A DNA stretch of 64,000 nucleotides from Caproicibacter sp. (GTDB lineage Bacteria > Bacillota > Clostridia > Oscillospirales > Acutalibacteraceae): the NCBI GenBank assembly GCA_036741535.1, contig DAINSB010000001.1, forward strand, positions 1,503 to 65,502, read 5' to 3'. Numbering within the stretch: the first letter of the stretch is position 1; each line of letters starts with the position of its first letter. The notes under the pieces were generated by a model. The model was not told where the DNA came from and did not search any database. It saw only the letters and a list, made by a program, of their open reading frames with translations. This document shows positions 1-10,013 of this stretch, piece after piece. The position numbers were made by a program, and so were the translations under genes.

Positions 1-590
1 TACGAAATGACCGCAAGTTTTCTGGCGTCCTTCACTTTTCGGGGATCCGCCGTAAAGACCCCCTCGACGTCCGTGTAAATCTGGCACAGATCCGCATTCA
101 TCGTGGCTGCAATCGCAACGGCGCTGGTATCCGAGCCTCCCCTGCCGAGCGTTGTCACATCGTTGTAGAGGTTGATCCCCTGAAAGCCGGTAACAACGAC
201 GATATTTTTTTTGTCCAGCTCTTTTTTGATCCTTTCGGGCTCAACCCGCTTGATCCGCGCGCTGCTGTACGCCGTGTTGGTGATGAACCCGGCCTGCCAC
301 CCCAGAAGAGAAACGACCGGATAGCCGAGCTTTTCGATCGCCATCGCCAACAGGGCGGCGGACATCTGCTCCCCCGCCGTGAGCAGCATATCCATCTCAC
401 GCTTGGAGGCGCTCTCGTTGATTTCCTTCGCCCTGGCGACGAGATCGTCCGTGGTGTCGCCCTGGGCGGAAACGACGACGACAACGCTGTTCCCTTTCGC
501 GTACGTCTTTGTCACGATGTCCGCCACATTGAACACCCGTTCCTTATTGGCTACGGAGCTCCCCCCAAACTTCTGAACGATCAGGCTCAT
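1..590 (-). CDS. aspartate kinase, N-terminal part (gene continues past window start)
   Basis: Own reverse translation from ATG at 588-590 gives MSLIVQKFGGSSVANKERVFNVADIVTKTYAKGNSVV..., the canonical aspartokinase N-terminus. Absent from the ORF track because there is no stop in the window. Confidence 0.85.
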   Translation of the reverse strand, partial: MSLIVQKFGGSSVANKERVFNVADIVTKTYAKGNSVVVVVSAQGDTTDDLVARAKEINESASKREMDMLLTAGEQMSAALLAMAIEKLGYPVVSLLGWQAGFITNTAYSSARIKRVEPERIKKELDKKNIVVVTGFQGINLYNDVTTLGRGGSDTSAVAIAATMNADLCQIYTDVEGVFTADPRKVKDARKLAVIS

Positions 591-635
591 AGGTTCATTC
601 CTCCATCTGTTATGTATCGTTGCGGCCGTGTCTTT

Positions 636-1541
636 TTACTCGATCAGGATTTTGGCGCCCTCCGGGTCCGTCGCAAGCGTTTCGATTTTCCAGCCGGAAA
701 TCCCCTTCTGTTTCAGATGGGCCGCGGCCCGGCCGGAAAAGGACTCCGCTTCGTCCGCGGCGACAAAAGAAATGATGGTGGGCCCCGCGCCGCTTACATA
801 GGTGCCCAGCGAGCCGAGCTCATAGCTCATGCGAAAAACATCGTCCAGATGTTCGATAAGGTGCGAACGGTAAGGCTGATGGATCCGGTCCTGCACGGCG
901 ACACGAAGATTTTCAAGCTTTCCGGAAAAAAGCGAAGCGGTCATCAACGCGGAACGGGAGAGGTTGTAGACCGCGTCGGCCCGGGAATACTGCTGCGGAA
1001 GGACGGAACGCGCCATCTCCGTCTTCAGTTCAAAAGGGGGAATGAACAGGACGAACCGGATTTTGTCCGACACGGGGACGCTGACATTGTAAACTTTTCC
1101 GGCCTCTATCGCGGAGGCGACCAGGCCCCCTTCCAGCGCGGGCGTGGTATTGTCCGGGTGCCCTTCGATCTCGGCGGCGAGATCGACCAGTTCATGGAGG
1201 CCGAGCGGGCTGCCCAGCAGCCGGTTGGCACCGAGGATGCCCGCCACGATGCAGGCGGAGCTGCTGCCGAGCCCGCGCGCGATGGGAATGTTGTTGAGCT
1301 GAACGATTTTTAAACCCGGCAGTTCCACGCCGCACGCTTCGTACAGGCGCTTGGCCGCCCAATAGATCAGGTTGGTCTCGTCGGTCGGAACGGAAACGTC
1401 GTCCTTGCAGGAGATGTCGACGGTATCCGCCTCCTCCATCCAGATCTGGTTGTATAAGGTCAGCGCGATGCCGAGGGAATCGAAACCGGAGCCAAGATTT
1501 GCACTTGTCGCCGGGACCTGAATTCTAATCATTTTCAACAT
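636..1541 (-). CDS. thrB: homoserine kinase
   Basis: 301-aa ORF. VPATSANLGSGFDSLG and GLGSSSA (GHMP kinase motifs). Lies between hom and ask. Confidence 0.9.
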   Translation of the reverse strand: MLKMIRIQVPATSANLGSGFDSLGIALTLYNQIWMEEADTVDISCKDDVSVPTDETNLIYWAAKRLYEACGVELPGLKIVQLNNIPIARGLGSSSACIVAGILGANRLLGSPLGLHELVDLAAEIEGHPDNTTPALEGGLVASAIEAGKVYNVSVPVSDKIRFVLFIPPFELKTEMARSVLPQQYSRADAVYNLSRSALMTASLFSGKLENLRVAVQDRIHQPYRSHLIEHLDDVFRMSYELGSLGTYVSGAGPTIISFVAADEAESFSGRAAAHLKQKGISGWKIETLATDPEGAKILIE

Positions 1542-1558
1542 CCTTATGTATATTACGA

Positions 1559-2812
1559 TTATAGATCCCCGATTCGGATCGTATTCAAAATTTCGAGCGG
1601 CTTTGAAGAGATCAGGCCGAGTTTTCCGCGCAGCTCCTCTTCCCTCATTTTCGGCGTGACGAACGCGATTTCATCTTTTCCCGCATTCCGCCTGGTCAGG
1701 TAGTGGACAGACCCGAACTGAAGCGCGACGGCGTTTTCCGCGGCCGCTTCGTCCGGCGTTCTGGCGCGGACATACAGGGCGGTGTCGTTCTGCAGGTAGT
1801 CTTCCACATAATCGGCGGAGCCCTCGTCCCAGAAAAGGTATTTCCTGGCCTTAAAGTGCTTGACGCAGTCGATGACATCGGCGACGACGGCGCTGGCGGT
1901 CGGAAATTTCCCCGCGCCCTTCCCGTAGAAGACCACGTCTCCCGTGGAATCGCCCCGGACCAGAATGCCGTTGAAGACATCGTCGACGTTCGCAAGCTGG
2001 CTTTCGCGCGATAAAAACATGGGGCATACAATCGCGAAAACCTTGCCGTTTTCCAATTTTTTCACCAAGCCGATCAGCTTGATCACCCCGCCCCACGAGG
2101 CGGCGTATTCGACATCGGCCAGCGAAATTTGCGAGATGCCCTCGGTATGCACCTGCTCCGGATAAATATGCCTGCCATAGGCCAGCGAGCCCAGGATGCA
2201 GATCTTCCGGCAGGCGTCGAGCCCCCCGATGTCGGCGGACGGGTCGCGTTCGGCGTAACCCAGTTTCTGCGCGAGAGAAAGCGCCTCCTCGAAGCCCATC
2301 TGCTCGCGGATCATTTTGGTCAGGATAAAATTGGTTGTCCCGTTCAGGATGCCGGCGATCCCCACCACTTCGTTGGCGGCCAGACACTGGCTGATGGGGC
2401 GAATAATGGGAATGCCCCCGCCCACGCTCGCTTCAAACAGAAAATTCAGATTGTTTTTCTGTGCGATCTTCAGGAGTTCGGCCCCTTTTGCGGCCACCAG
2501 CTCTTTGTTGGAAGTCACGACGCTTTTCCCGTTTTCCAGGCACTTTTTCACATAATCGAAAGCCGGATGCAGGCCCCCCATCACCTCCACCACGATGCGG
2601 ATCTCCGGGTCGCCGATGATGGTGTCGAAGGATTTTGTAAACCGGTCTGCATAGGGACTGTCGGGAAATTCACGCAGATCGAGAATATACTTAATATCTA
2701 TCTGCTCTTTCGCCCTGTCGGCGATACTGTCGAAATGCTTGGAAAGTACCTCAACGACACCGGAGCCGACGGTGCCGTATCCCATTACTGCAATCTCAAC
2801 CATGTTCAGCAC
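1559..2812 (-). CDS. hom: homoserine dehydrogenase
   Basis: 417-aa ORF. N-terminal GYGTVGSG Rossmann motif and a C-terminal ACT-like region. Directly upstream of thrB. Confidence 0.9.
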   Translation of the reverse strand: MLNMVEIAVMGYGTVGSGVVEVLSKHFDSIADRAKEQIDIKYILDLREFPDSPYADRFTKSFDTIIGDPEIRIVVEVMGGLHPAFDYVKKCLENGKSVVTSNKELVAAKGAELLKIAQKNNLNFLFEASVGGGIPIIRPISQCLAANEVVGIAGILNGTTNFILTKMIREQMGFEEALSLAQKLGYAERDPSADIGGLDACRKICILGSLAYGRHIYPEQVHTEGISQISLADVEYAASWGGVIKLIGLVKKLENGKVFAIVCPMFLSRESQLANVDDVFNGILVRGDSTGDVVFYGKGAGKFPTASAVVADVIDCVKHFKARKYLFWDEGSADYVEDYLQNDTALYVRARTPDEAAAENAVALQFGSVHYLTRRNAGKDEIAFVTPKMREEELRGKLGLISSKPLEILNTIRIGDL

Positions 2813-2922
2813 TCCTTGTAATGGACTTGTTCCCCTCTATCCCGGAATTGTAGGCCTTTATAGTGTAACATTTTTTCTAACGGGATTCAACTGGGAGAAT
2901 GCAAGAAATGGCTCTTTGAGCT

Positions 2923-5283
2923 TTATCTTGCGGCGGCCTGATTCCGGCTTTCGGAAGTGTGGCCCCCTCCGCGATCCCACGGCAAACCGCCCTGCGAAGA
3001 GGAGGAGTCGGAAGAAGCGGAGGGGTTGCTTTCCAGGTCGGTACTCTGGGAGGATTCCGTCTGAGATTCCGGCCCCCACGCGGAGGAGGCGCTTCCCTCC
3101 GAATCGGGGTTCGCGCCGTCCTCCGGATTGACGGAGGAGGCGTCGAATGTCCGATTGTGGGCAAGGTTGCAGGTCGCGGGCAGATGGTCCTTTTCGTACC
3201 ATCCCACGCCGGTATCCGGGCAGACGCCCGGGTTTGCCAGCAGTCCGCTTTCCCGGCAAAAAACGGCCGAGACGACGTTGGGGTCGAACGTATAGCTTTT
3301 CTTCTGCTTGTTTTGCAGATACTGAGACATGATCGTCTTCCAGACTTTTTTGGCGACGGGCGTCTCGGCCGAATGCAGGGCCTTGGGGGTCTTATAGCCG
3401 GTCCAGACCCCGGCGACGGCGTAGGGGCTTCCGCCCACAAACCAGCTGTCCTTATTGTCGTTCGTGGTGCCGGTTTTGCCGAAGATGTTCCAGCCGCTGA
3501 TGTTCGCCCCGCTGCCCAGGCCGTTCGTGACCACATGGGTCAGCAGCTTGTTCATGATGGTCGCCGTCGGGGAAGAGATTGCCTGTGTCGCGATCTCTTC
3601 CCGGTTGTCGAGCCCGCTGATCACATTGCCGTCGTGGTCGGTCACATAGTAAAAGGTATACGGCTTATAATACTTGCCGCCGTTCCCGAACATCTGGAAC
3701 CCGGCCGTCATCTCGCGGACCGTCGCGCCCTGCGTCAGGCCGCCGATCGACATCGCGAGGGTGTTGTCCGAAGGCTCGAGGCTCGTAAAATTCAGCTTCT
3801 GCTTCAGAAAGTTGAAAGAAGTGTCCGGCGTGATCGTCTTGCAGAGCTGGACGGCGGCGGCGTTGTAGGACTGGTCCAGCGCGAGCTCCACGGTGATGCT
3901 GCCGTGGTATCTGTAGTCCCAGTTGGCCGGGCCCGGCTTGCCGTTCTTCCAGTTTTCCTGCGGTTCGTCGTCGACGAGGGAAGAATAGTTTGCTTTCCCA
4001 ATATTGATGGCCGGCGCATAGACTGCAAGTGGCTTGATGGAGGAGCCCGGCTGCCGCTTTTCGTCGGTCGCAAGGTTCCAGAGCCGGTTGCTGGTTTTTT
4101 TGCCGCGCGATCCCACGACGGCCAGCACCCTGCCGGAATAATCCATGGCGACGTAGCCGCCCTGCAGGTTCGGGTACCCCTTCGGGAACGTTTTGCCGTC
4201 GTTGAAAACGCTTTCCGCAATGCCCTGCATGCTCGTATCCATGGCCGAGTAGATGTTCAGCCCGTCGTGATAGATCATGTCGACCGCCTTGTCGCTCGAG
4301 ATGCCGTATGTCTGCATCAGGCCGACCCTGACATCTTCAAACATGGTGTCGGTGTACCAGTTCCACACGCTGTTTTCGTCCACGACATCCTCCGCCTTTT
4401 TGCCGACGAAGGTCATATGCGCGGATTCCTGCATGGCGGAGTTGAACTGGTCCTCGGTGATCTTCCCCTGGTTAACCATCGCCTTCAGGACCGTCTGCTG
4501 ACGCTGCTTGTTGGCCTCGGGGTGCGACAGGGGGTTGTACGCGGTCGGGTTTTGAGTGATGCCGGCGATCGCCGCGCACTGCGCAATGTCGCAGTTCTGA
4601 ATGTTTTTCCCGAAATACAGGTTTGCGGCCGCCTGGACGCCGTTGCAGCCGCTGCCGAAATTCACGACGTTCAGATACGCCGTCAGGATCTCTTCTTTGG
4701 AATATTTTTTTTCAAGATTCATCGCGCGGAGGATCTCTTTGACCTTTCGGGTCAGGCTGACCTCGTTTTCCCCCGTGATGTTCTTGATCAGCTGCTGGGT
4801 GATGGTCGAACCGCCGTAGCCGCTGCTGTCACTCTGAAAGAAATGGAACAGATTGGCGGTCGCGCCGATTGTCCTCTGCCAGTCCACCCCGTCGTGTTCC
4901 CAGAATCGCTTGTCCTCGATGGAGACGATGGCGTTTTTCATCGCATCGGGGATCTGGTTGTAATCCACCCAGATCCGGTTTTCGCTGCCGGAAAGGGTGG
5001 AATATTTGACGGGGTGCGCGCTGTCGTCGTTCGGGCCGTTCACGTAGATGAACGAGGTGTAATCCAGTTGCAGCTTATGAAGATCGTAGTCGACGGACGA
5101 ATCCCTGAGGCTGTAAATGAATGCGACGACGGACAAAAGAACGATAGAACCCGTCACGATCAGAATGAAAAACAGCGTGAACAGACCCTTCAGCAGCATA
5201 TGCAGTACGGAACGGAAGGTCGAGATCCTGTCCGCCGCCCTCTGCTGTGTCCCCGCAAATTGATTAATATCCGTTTTCCGCAT
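2923..5283 (-). CDS. class A penicillin-binding protein (transglycosylase/transpeptidase, PBP1A type)
   Basis: 786-aa ORF. N-terminal TM helix, GT51 motifs (EDKRFWEHDGVD, GGSTITQQL), transpeptidase SSIKP, and a Ser/Pro-rich C-terminal tail. Confidence 0.9.
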   Translation of the reverse strand: MRKTDINQFAGTQQRAADRISTFRSVLHMLLKGLFTLFFILIVTGSIVLLSVVAFIYSLRDSSVDYDLHKLQLDYTSFIYVNGPNDDSAHPVKYSTLSGSENRIWVDYNQIPDAMKNAIVSIEDKRFWEHDGVDWQRTIGATANLFHFFQSDSSGYGGSTITQQLIKNITGENEVSLTRKVKEILRAMNLEKKYSKEEILTAYLNVVNFGSGCNGVQAAANLYFGKNIQNCDIAQCAAIAGITQNPTAYNPLSHPEANKQRQQTVLKAMVNQGKITEDQFNSAMQESAHMTFVGKKAEDVVDENSVWNWYTDTMFEDVRVGLMQTYGISSDKAVDMIYHDGLNIYSAMDTSMQGIAESVFNDGKTFPKGYPNLQGGYVAMDYSGRVLAVVGSRGKKTSNRLWNLATDEKRQPGSSIKPLAVYAPAINIGKANYSSLVDDEPQENWKNGKPGPANWDYRYHGSITVELALDQSYNAAAVQLCKTITPDTSFNFLKQKLNFTSLEPSDNTLAMSIGGLTQGATVREMTAGFQMFGNGGKYYKPYTFYYVTDHDGNVISGLDNREEIATQAISSPTATIMNKLLTHVVTNGLGSGANISGWNIFGKTGTTNDNKDSWFVGGSPYAVAGVWTGYKTPKALHSAETPVAKKVWKTIMSQYLQNKQKKSYTFDPNVVSAVFCRESGLLANPGVCPDTGVGWYEKDHLPATCNLAHNRTFDASSVNPEDGANPDSEGSASSAWGPESQTESSQSTDLESNPSASSDSSSSQGGLPWDRGGGHTSESRNQAAAR

Positions 5284-5376
5284 GGTTACCGCCTTCCCGG
5301 CCTGAAGCGCCTCGATCGGACTTATTTTATGTATAATTTTCCAATTTTTTCAAACCATAATCACGAGGTGATCGCC

Positions 5377-5760
5377 ATGAAAAAAATAATGATGATGCTG
5401 CTGTGTACCGCGGCACTGATTTGTACCATATTGGTCTTTCAGGTTCCACAAAAAAAGCCGCTGAAAACGCAGCCGTCGCCTGTGAGCAACAGCGCGTCGC
5501 TTTATTCTAGCTCAAAAGCGGCAGTAAGTCAAGAAAGCAGCAGCGCGGTCCAGACCGATACCAAGCAGAGCGAAACCTATACGGTGAAAGCGTACCGGGG
5601 GCATCTGGCCGTCTTCCGGAATCAGGAAACCGTCCCGTTCCTGGAATATGAGACGGACGTGGATCTGCTGCCCGAACAGGACAGGGATACGCTGAAAACG
5701 GGAAAAACAGTTCACACGATGGCGGAGGTCGAAAAAATCGTGGAGGATTACGACAGTTAA
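5377..5760 (+). CDS. small exported protein (signal/anchor helix plus a BofC-C-terminal-like YxVKxYxGxxAVF module)
   Basis: ATG at 5377 inside the long artefactual + ORF 2959..5760. MKKIMMMLLCTAALICTILVF hydrophobic N-terminus. Followed by a strong terminator. Confidence 0.7.
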   Translation: MKKIMMMLLCTAALICTILVFQVPQKKPLKTQPSPVSNSASLYSSSKAAVSQESSSAVQTDTKQSETYTVKAYRGHLAVFRNQETVPFLEYETDVDLLPEQDRDTLKTGKTVHTMAEVEKIVEDYDS

Positions 5761-5775
5761 AGTCCGGAACGCCAA

Positions 5776-5810
5776 GGCGCCAGTACATTTTCGTGTACTG
5801 GCGCCTTTTT
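5776..5810 (+). terminator. rho-independent terminator
   Basis: GGCGCCAGTACA-ttttcg-TGTACTGGCGCC followed by TTTTT. Confidence 0.8.
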
Positions 5811-5824
5811 CCGTGAGAAAGGGA

Positions 5825-6964
5825 TCAACGCTTTTTCTTGGAGGACCTGGATTTCTTGGAAGATTTTGAACGCCTCGGGGCTGGCTTCGGGGCCGCCGCA
5901 GACGGCTTGTTGGCAGTCTTCTGCGCGGCAGGTTCCGAAGGGGCCGCATTCGACGGCTTCGGCGCCGGCGAAGGTGCGGGAGCTTTCGGAAGCTCTTCCT
6001 TCGCTTTTGCGGAATGGGCGGCGACGGCGACCTTCAGCTTATGATTCTCCCACATGACGTACAGCGGGCCGGCGATGCAGATGGAAGAATAGCACCCTGT
6101 CACGATACCGACCATCATGGGCAGCGCGAACGTGGTGACGCTGGAGAGATTGTAAACGCTTCCCACAATGAAGACGACGGCAATGGAGGCGAAGGTGCAG
6201 CCCGCCGTATACAACGACCGGGTCAGCGTCACGTTGATGCTGTTGTCGACCAGCGTGCCGTACTCGACCTTTGCGCCGAGCAGCCTGCGGTTTTCACGGA
6301 TACGGTCGTAGATCACGATGGTATCGTTCAGCGAATAGCCGAGGATGGTGAGCACGACCGCGATGAAGTTGTCGTTCAGCGGGATGCGGAAAATGATGAA
6401 CGTGAAATACACCATGGCGACATCGTGCAGCAGCGCGACGATCGCAAAAAGGCCCGCCGCCGTGCCGCCGATCTTGCGGAAGCGGAATGCGATATAAATG
6501 TCGAGGAGCAGGAACGCGATCAAAACCGCGACCAGGCATTTTGCAAAGAAGCTCTGCCCCATGGAGGGATTGACCGAGTCGGAACTCACGAGGCTGAATT
6601 TCGCGTTGGGATATGAGGTACTCAAAGCCTTCTGCACGGCTTTCTGATTGGCGAGGGAAAGGGAATCGGTGCCTGCAAAAGAAAGCGTCACGTTGTTCTT
6701 CGTACCGCTCGTGCTTGCTGATTTGACGTCCGAATTGATCACGACGGAAACATTCCGTTTGACCGCGCTTTCAACGGTCTGCTCGACGACGGCGGCTTTT
6801 ATTTCTCCGGTATAGGCGTATTTGATCACCGCGCCGCCCTTGAACTGGATGTCGAGCTGGGTGCCGAAGATCATATTGAAGATCAGTCCGATCAGCATGA
6901 TCCCGATCGAAATGGAAAAATAAATTTTCCTGTTCTCGTAAAAGCGGATATGAAACGTTCTCAT
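5825..6964 (-). CDS. secF: protein translocase subunit SecF with a basic Lys/Pro/Ala/Ser-rich C-terminal tail
   Basis: Start chosen at MRTFHIRFYE, where ATGA overlaps the secD stop at 6961-6964. Multi-TM SecF pattern. Confidence 0.85.
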   Translation of the reverse strand: MRTFHIRFYENRKIYFSISIGIMLIGLIFNMIFGTQLDIQFKGGAVIKYAYTGEIKAAVVEQTVESAVKRNVSVVINSDVKSASTSGTKNNVTLSFAGTDSLSLANQKAVQKALSTSYPNAKFSLVSSDSVNPSMGQSFFAKCLVAVLIAFLLLDIYIAFRFRKIGGTAAGLFAIVALLHDVAMVYFTFIIFRIPLNDNFIAVVLTILGYSLNDTIVIYDRIRENRRLLGAKVEYGTLVDNSINVTLTRSLYTAGCTFASIAVVFIVGSVYNLSSVTTFALPMMVGIVTGCYSSICIAGPLYVMWENHKLKVAVAAHSAKAKEELPKAPAPSPAPKPSNAAPSEPAAQKTANKPSAAAPKPAPRRSKSSKKSRSSKKKR

Positions 6965-8379
6965 TCTGCAGCACCCCCGTACAGCCATTTGTTACGCGCA
7001 AAACGGAACCCGGAAACCGCTTTCGTCATCAGGCGGGTCGTCACCACGCCGAACAGGAAGTTGCCGATGATGCCGATCAGCAGCGTATAGCCGAAAGAGT
7101 AGATGGAGCCGGTTGTCGAGGCTCCGAAAATCATGGAGAGGATGTTGGTCGGCCCGAATACGAGCATCAGGATCAATGCGACGATGATCACGGTGATGTT
7201 GCCGTCGAAAATCGCGGAGAAACTGTTTTCGTCGCCTTTCGAGATCGCCATGTCGAGCGTTTTGCCCGCCCACAGCTCTTCTTTGATTCTCGTCGCCGTG
7301 ATGATGTTGGCGTCGACGCCCATGCCGATGGAAAGGATGATGCCGGCGATGCCCGGCAGGGTCAGCGTGAAACTGTTGATGAACGGGAAGAACCCCGAAA
7401 CCGCCGCAAACGAGAGCGCCATCTGGCCGAGCAGGGAAATGATGGCGATCAGCCCCGGCAGGCGGAAGACAATCAGCATGAAGAGGCCGACGAGGACGAA
7501 CGCGATGATCCCGGCGAGCGCCATCGCGTTCAGCGAGGATTTCCCGAGCGTCGGGCTGATGGTGTTGGAATCGGTGATCGTCAGTTTGAACGGCAGGGCG
7601 CCCGCATTGATCTTGTTGGCGAGCGAAGACGCCTCCGCGGCGGTGAAGCCGGTGGAACCGCCGTCGATCTGGCATTTCCCGTCCGTGATCACGTCCTGTA
7701 CCTGAGGCGCCGAAATCATCACGTCGTCCATCCAGATGGAGATGTACTGGTTTTGCAGGCGCTGCGTGGCATCCGCGAATTTTTTGGTGCCGTTCTCGCT
7801 GAGCTGCAGCGAAACGACATAGGTGGATTTTCCGGTCGTCTGGTCCGTCGTCATCTGGGGGCCCGCGCTTTGAATGTCGCTGCCCTGCAGGACAATTTTG
7901 CTGGCCGTGGTCCCCTTCGGCGTCTTGTAGACCGGATTTCCGTCGGAACCGGTCGTCTCCGTGGTGTATTCCTTCCCTTCGCGGAAAGTGACCTGGGCCG
8001 TGGCGGCAAGCTCTTCGATGGCCGACTGCGGGTCGAAGTTCTTTTCGTCGTTTTTCCACGGAAAGCGGACGATGATCCTGTCATGGTTATAATCGGTATA
8101 AACTTCATAATCGGTGATATTTTCCCCGATTAACCTCTGCTTTATGATTGATTCCGCGGAATCCATCTGTTTATTCGTCGCTTTGGCCGACGTGACAGGT
8201 GTAAACGTGGCTTCCACGCCGCCGTTGATGTCGATTCCCCATCTGATATCATTGAGACCCTTGATATAGGTGACAGTGTTATCGCCATTTTTTGCCTTGA
8301 TGCCGAACGTGGCGGCATAGGTAAAAAGAAGGATGAGGAGGGCAACGATGAAAAACACAGGTTTCGGTACTCGCTTCAT
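6961..8379 (-). CDS. secD: protein translocase subunit SecD
   Basis: Start chosen at MKRVPKPVFF, preceded by GGAGG. Large periplasmic loop followed by 6 TM helices. Overlaps secF. Confidence 0.85.
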   Translation of the reverse strand: MKRVPKPVFFIVALLILLFTYAATFGIKAKNGDNTVTYIKGLNDIRWGIDINGGVEATFTPVTSAKATNKQMDSAESIIKQRLIGENITDYEVYTDYNHDRIIVRFPWKNDEKNFDPQSAIEELAATAQVTFREGKEYTTETTGSDGNPVYKTPKGTTASKIVLQGSDIQSAGPQMTTDQTTGKSTYVVSLQLSENGTKKFADATQRLQNQYISIWMDDVMISAPQVQDVITDGKCQIDGGSTGFTAAEASSLANKINAGALPFKLTITDSNTISPTLGKSSLNAMALAGIIAFVLVGLFMLIVFRLPGLIAIISLLGQMALSFAAVSGFFPFINSFTLTLPGIAGIILSIGMGVDANIITATRIKEELWAGKTLDMAISKGDENSFSAIFDGNITVIIVALILMLVFGPTNILSMIFGASTTGSIYSFGYTLLIGIIGNFLFGVVTTRLMTKAVSGFRFARNKWLYGGAAE

Positions 8380-8496
8380 TCGTGAATCCTCCAATTTATT
8401 GGTTTTCCGCGAAAGTTCGCAGACGTACAAGATTCATTATATTGTGATAGTGTCAAAAAGTCAATCACATTCCATGCATATTCGGTCAATATGAAG

Positions 8497-8535
8497 AATA
8501 AAAATGAGGGCGGGGATTTGCTTCCCCAGCCCCTC
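8497..8535 (-). terminator. rho-independent terminator after the aminotransferase gene
   Basis: Minus strand GAGGGGCTGGGGAAGCAAATCCCCGCCCTC followed by ATTTTTATT. Confidence 0.65.
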
Positions 8536-8574
8536 GGACAAAGGCGCTCTCCGGCGCCCGAAAATCTGGAAAAA

Positions 8575-9873
8575 CTAAGCGCGCAACAGCTTTTCGGCGG
8601 CGGCAAGCTGTACGCAGACACAGAACAGTGCGACGGCCTGCTCCAGTTCGCTCACCGGCGGAAAAGTGGGGGCGATGCGGATATTGCTGTCGTTCGGGTC
8701 CTTCCCGTAGGGGAAAGTCGCGCCGGCGCCCGTGAGCTTCACCCCGGCCTCGGCGCAAAGCGAAACGACACGTTTCGCACAGCCCGGCAGAACGTCGATG
8801 CTGATGAAATAGCCCCCGTTCGGGCGGCTCCACGCGGCGATCCGTTTCCCGGCCAGATTCTTTTCAAATCCATTCAGCACCGTCTGGAATTTCGGGGCGA
8901 TGATTGCCCGATGCCTCGCCATCTGCGCCTTGACGCCGTCGAGATTTTTCAGAAATTTCAGGTGGCGCAGTTGGTTCAGCTTGTCGGGGCCGATCGTCTG
9001 GAACGAGTAGCGTTCCCGCAGGATCTTTTTATTTTCATCCCCGGCCGCCATCGCGGCCACCCCGGAACCGGGGAACGTGATCTTGCTGGTGGACGCGAAG
9101 AAAAAAACGTTTTCCAGCGTGCCAGCCTTTTTGCACTCGTCCCAGAGGTTGAGCAGGCGGTCGGGCGTCCCGGTCAGATCGTGGACGCAGTACGCGTTGT
9201 CCCAGAAGATGCGGAAATCCGCGGCGGCCGGCTTCAGGTTTGCGAAGCGGCGGACCGTTTCGTCGGAAAACGTGATTCCGGTGGGATTCTGATACTTCGG
9301 GACGCACCAGATCCCCTTCACGGAGGAGTCGCTTTCTGCATATCGTTCGACCACGTCCATGTCCGGCCCGGTCGCGGCCATCGGCACGGTGACAAGCTCG
9401 AAGCCGAAATACTGCGTCACGGCGAAATGGCGGTCATAGCCGGGCGACGGGCACAGGAATTTGAGATGCCGCTGCCTCCCCCACGGTTCGCAGCCGGAAA
9501 AGCCGTGCGTCATGCCGCAGCAGACGGTATCGAACATCATATTCAGGCTCGAGTTTCCGCCGATGATGACATGGTCGGCGGGAACGCCCATCATGGCGGC
9601 AAAAATTTCGCGCAGCTCCGGCAGGCCTTCCGGCATGCCGTAATTGCGGCAGTCTTCCCCGCTCGAGGCGTGAAAGTCGGCGGAAGACCCCAGTTCGTCC
9701 AACATGGGCATCGAAAGGGCAAGCTGCGGGTCGCTCGGTTTCCCGCGGGCCATATTCAGGTTCAGCTTTTTCTCCCTGAACTCCTGATAGCTTTTTTCGA
9801 GATCAGATTTCACTTTTTCCAATTCCGCTTTCGGCATGGATGTAAAATCCAACGGCGAGCATCCCCTTTTCAT
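8575..9873 (-). CDS. PLP-dependent aminotransferase (class I/II fold, AspC-like)
   Basis: 432-aa ORF with LNLNMARGKPS near the N-terminus and STSKITFPGSG (candidate PLP-Lys region). The start could instead be MPKAEL at 9837. Confidence 0.75.
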   Translation of the reverse strand: MKRGCSPLDFTSMPKAELEKVKSDLEKSYQEFREKKLNLNMARGKPSDPQLALSMPMLDELGSSADFHASSGEDCRNYGMPEGLPELREIFAAMMGVPADHVIIGGNSSLNMMFDTVCCGMTHGFSGCEPWGRQRHLKFLCPSPGYDRHFAVTQYFGFELVTVPMAATGPDMDVVERYAESDSSVKGIWCVPKYQNPTGITFSDETVRRFANLKPAAADFRIFWDNAYCVHDLTGTPDRLLNLWDECKKAGTLENVFFFASTSKITFPGSGVAAMAAGDENKKILRERYSFQTIGPDKLNQLRHLKFLKNLDGVKAQMARHRAIIAPKFQTVLNGFEKNLAGKRIAAWSRPNGGYFISIDVLPGCAKRVVSLCAEAGVKLTGAGATFPYGKDPNDSNIRIAPTFPPVSELEQAVALFCVCVQLAAAEKLLRA

Positions 9874-10013
9874 TTAAATTGCAAAAATACGGTTCCATAC
9901 AGCTCTATAGTAATGGATTCTCCTTATAATTGCAAGTCAAATTTTTGTATCCTGCATTTTTGAAAAACGGGATTTGCATGCACGGGACGGGGGCTTCCCC
10001 GTGGGAGAGGAAG

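Noticed and set aside
2959-5760. 933-aa plus-strand ORF, and similar very long ORFs antisense to real genes: 8491-9963, 10243-11859, 16953-18620, 28903-30585, 31038-33620, 36621-38333, 38990-41284, 42639-44363, 44404-46053, 56599-58623, 58460-59884, 59912-61366, 62222-63730.
   Set aside because: Their products are Arg/Gly/Ala/Pro/His-rich and low in complexity, with no family motifs. Each lies exactly opposite a gene with clear homology-type motifs. This is the typical stop-codon-poor antisense frame of GC-rich DNA. Only the last 384 nt of 2959-5760 (from 5377) is taken as a real small gene.
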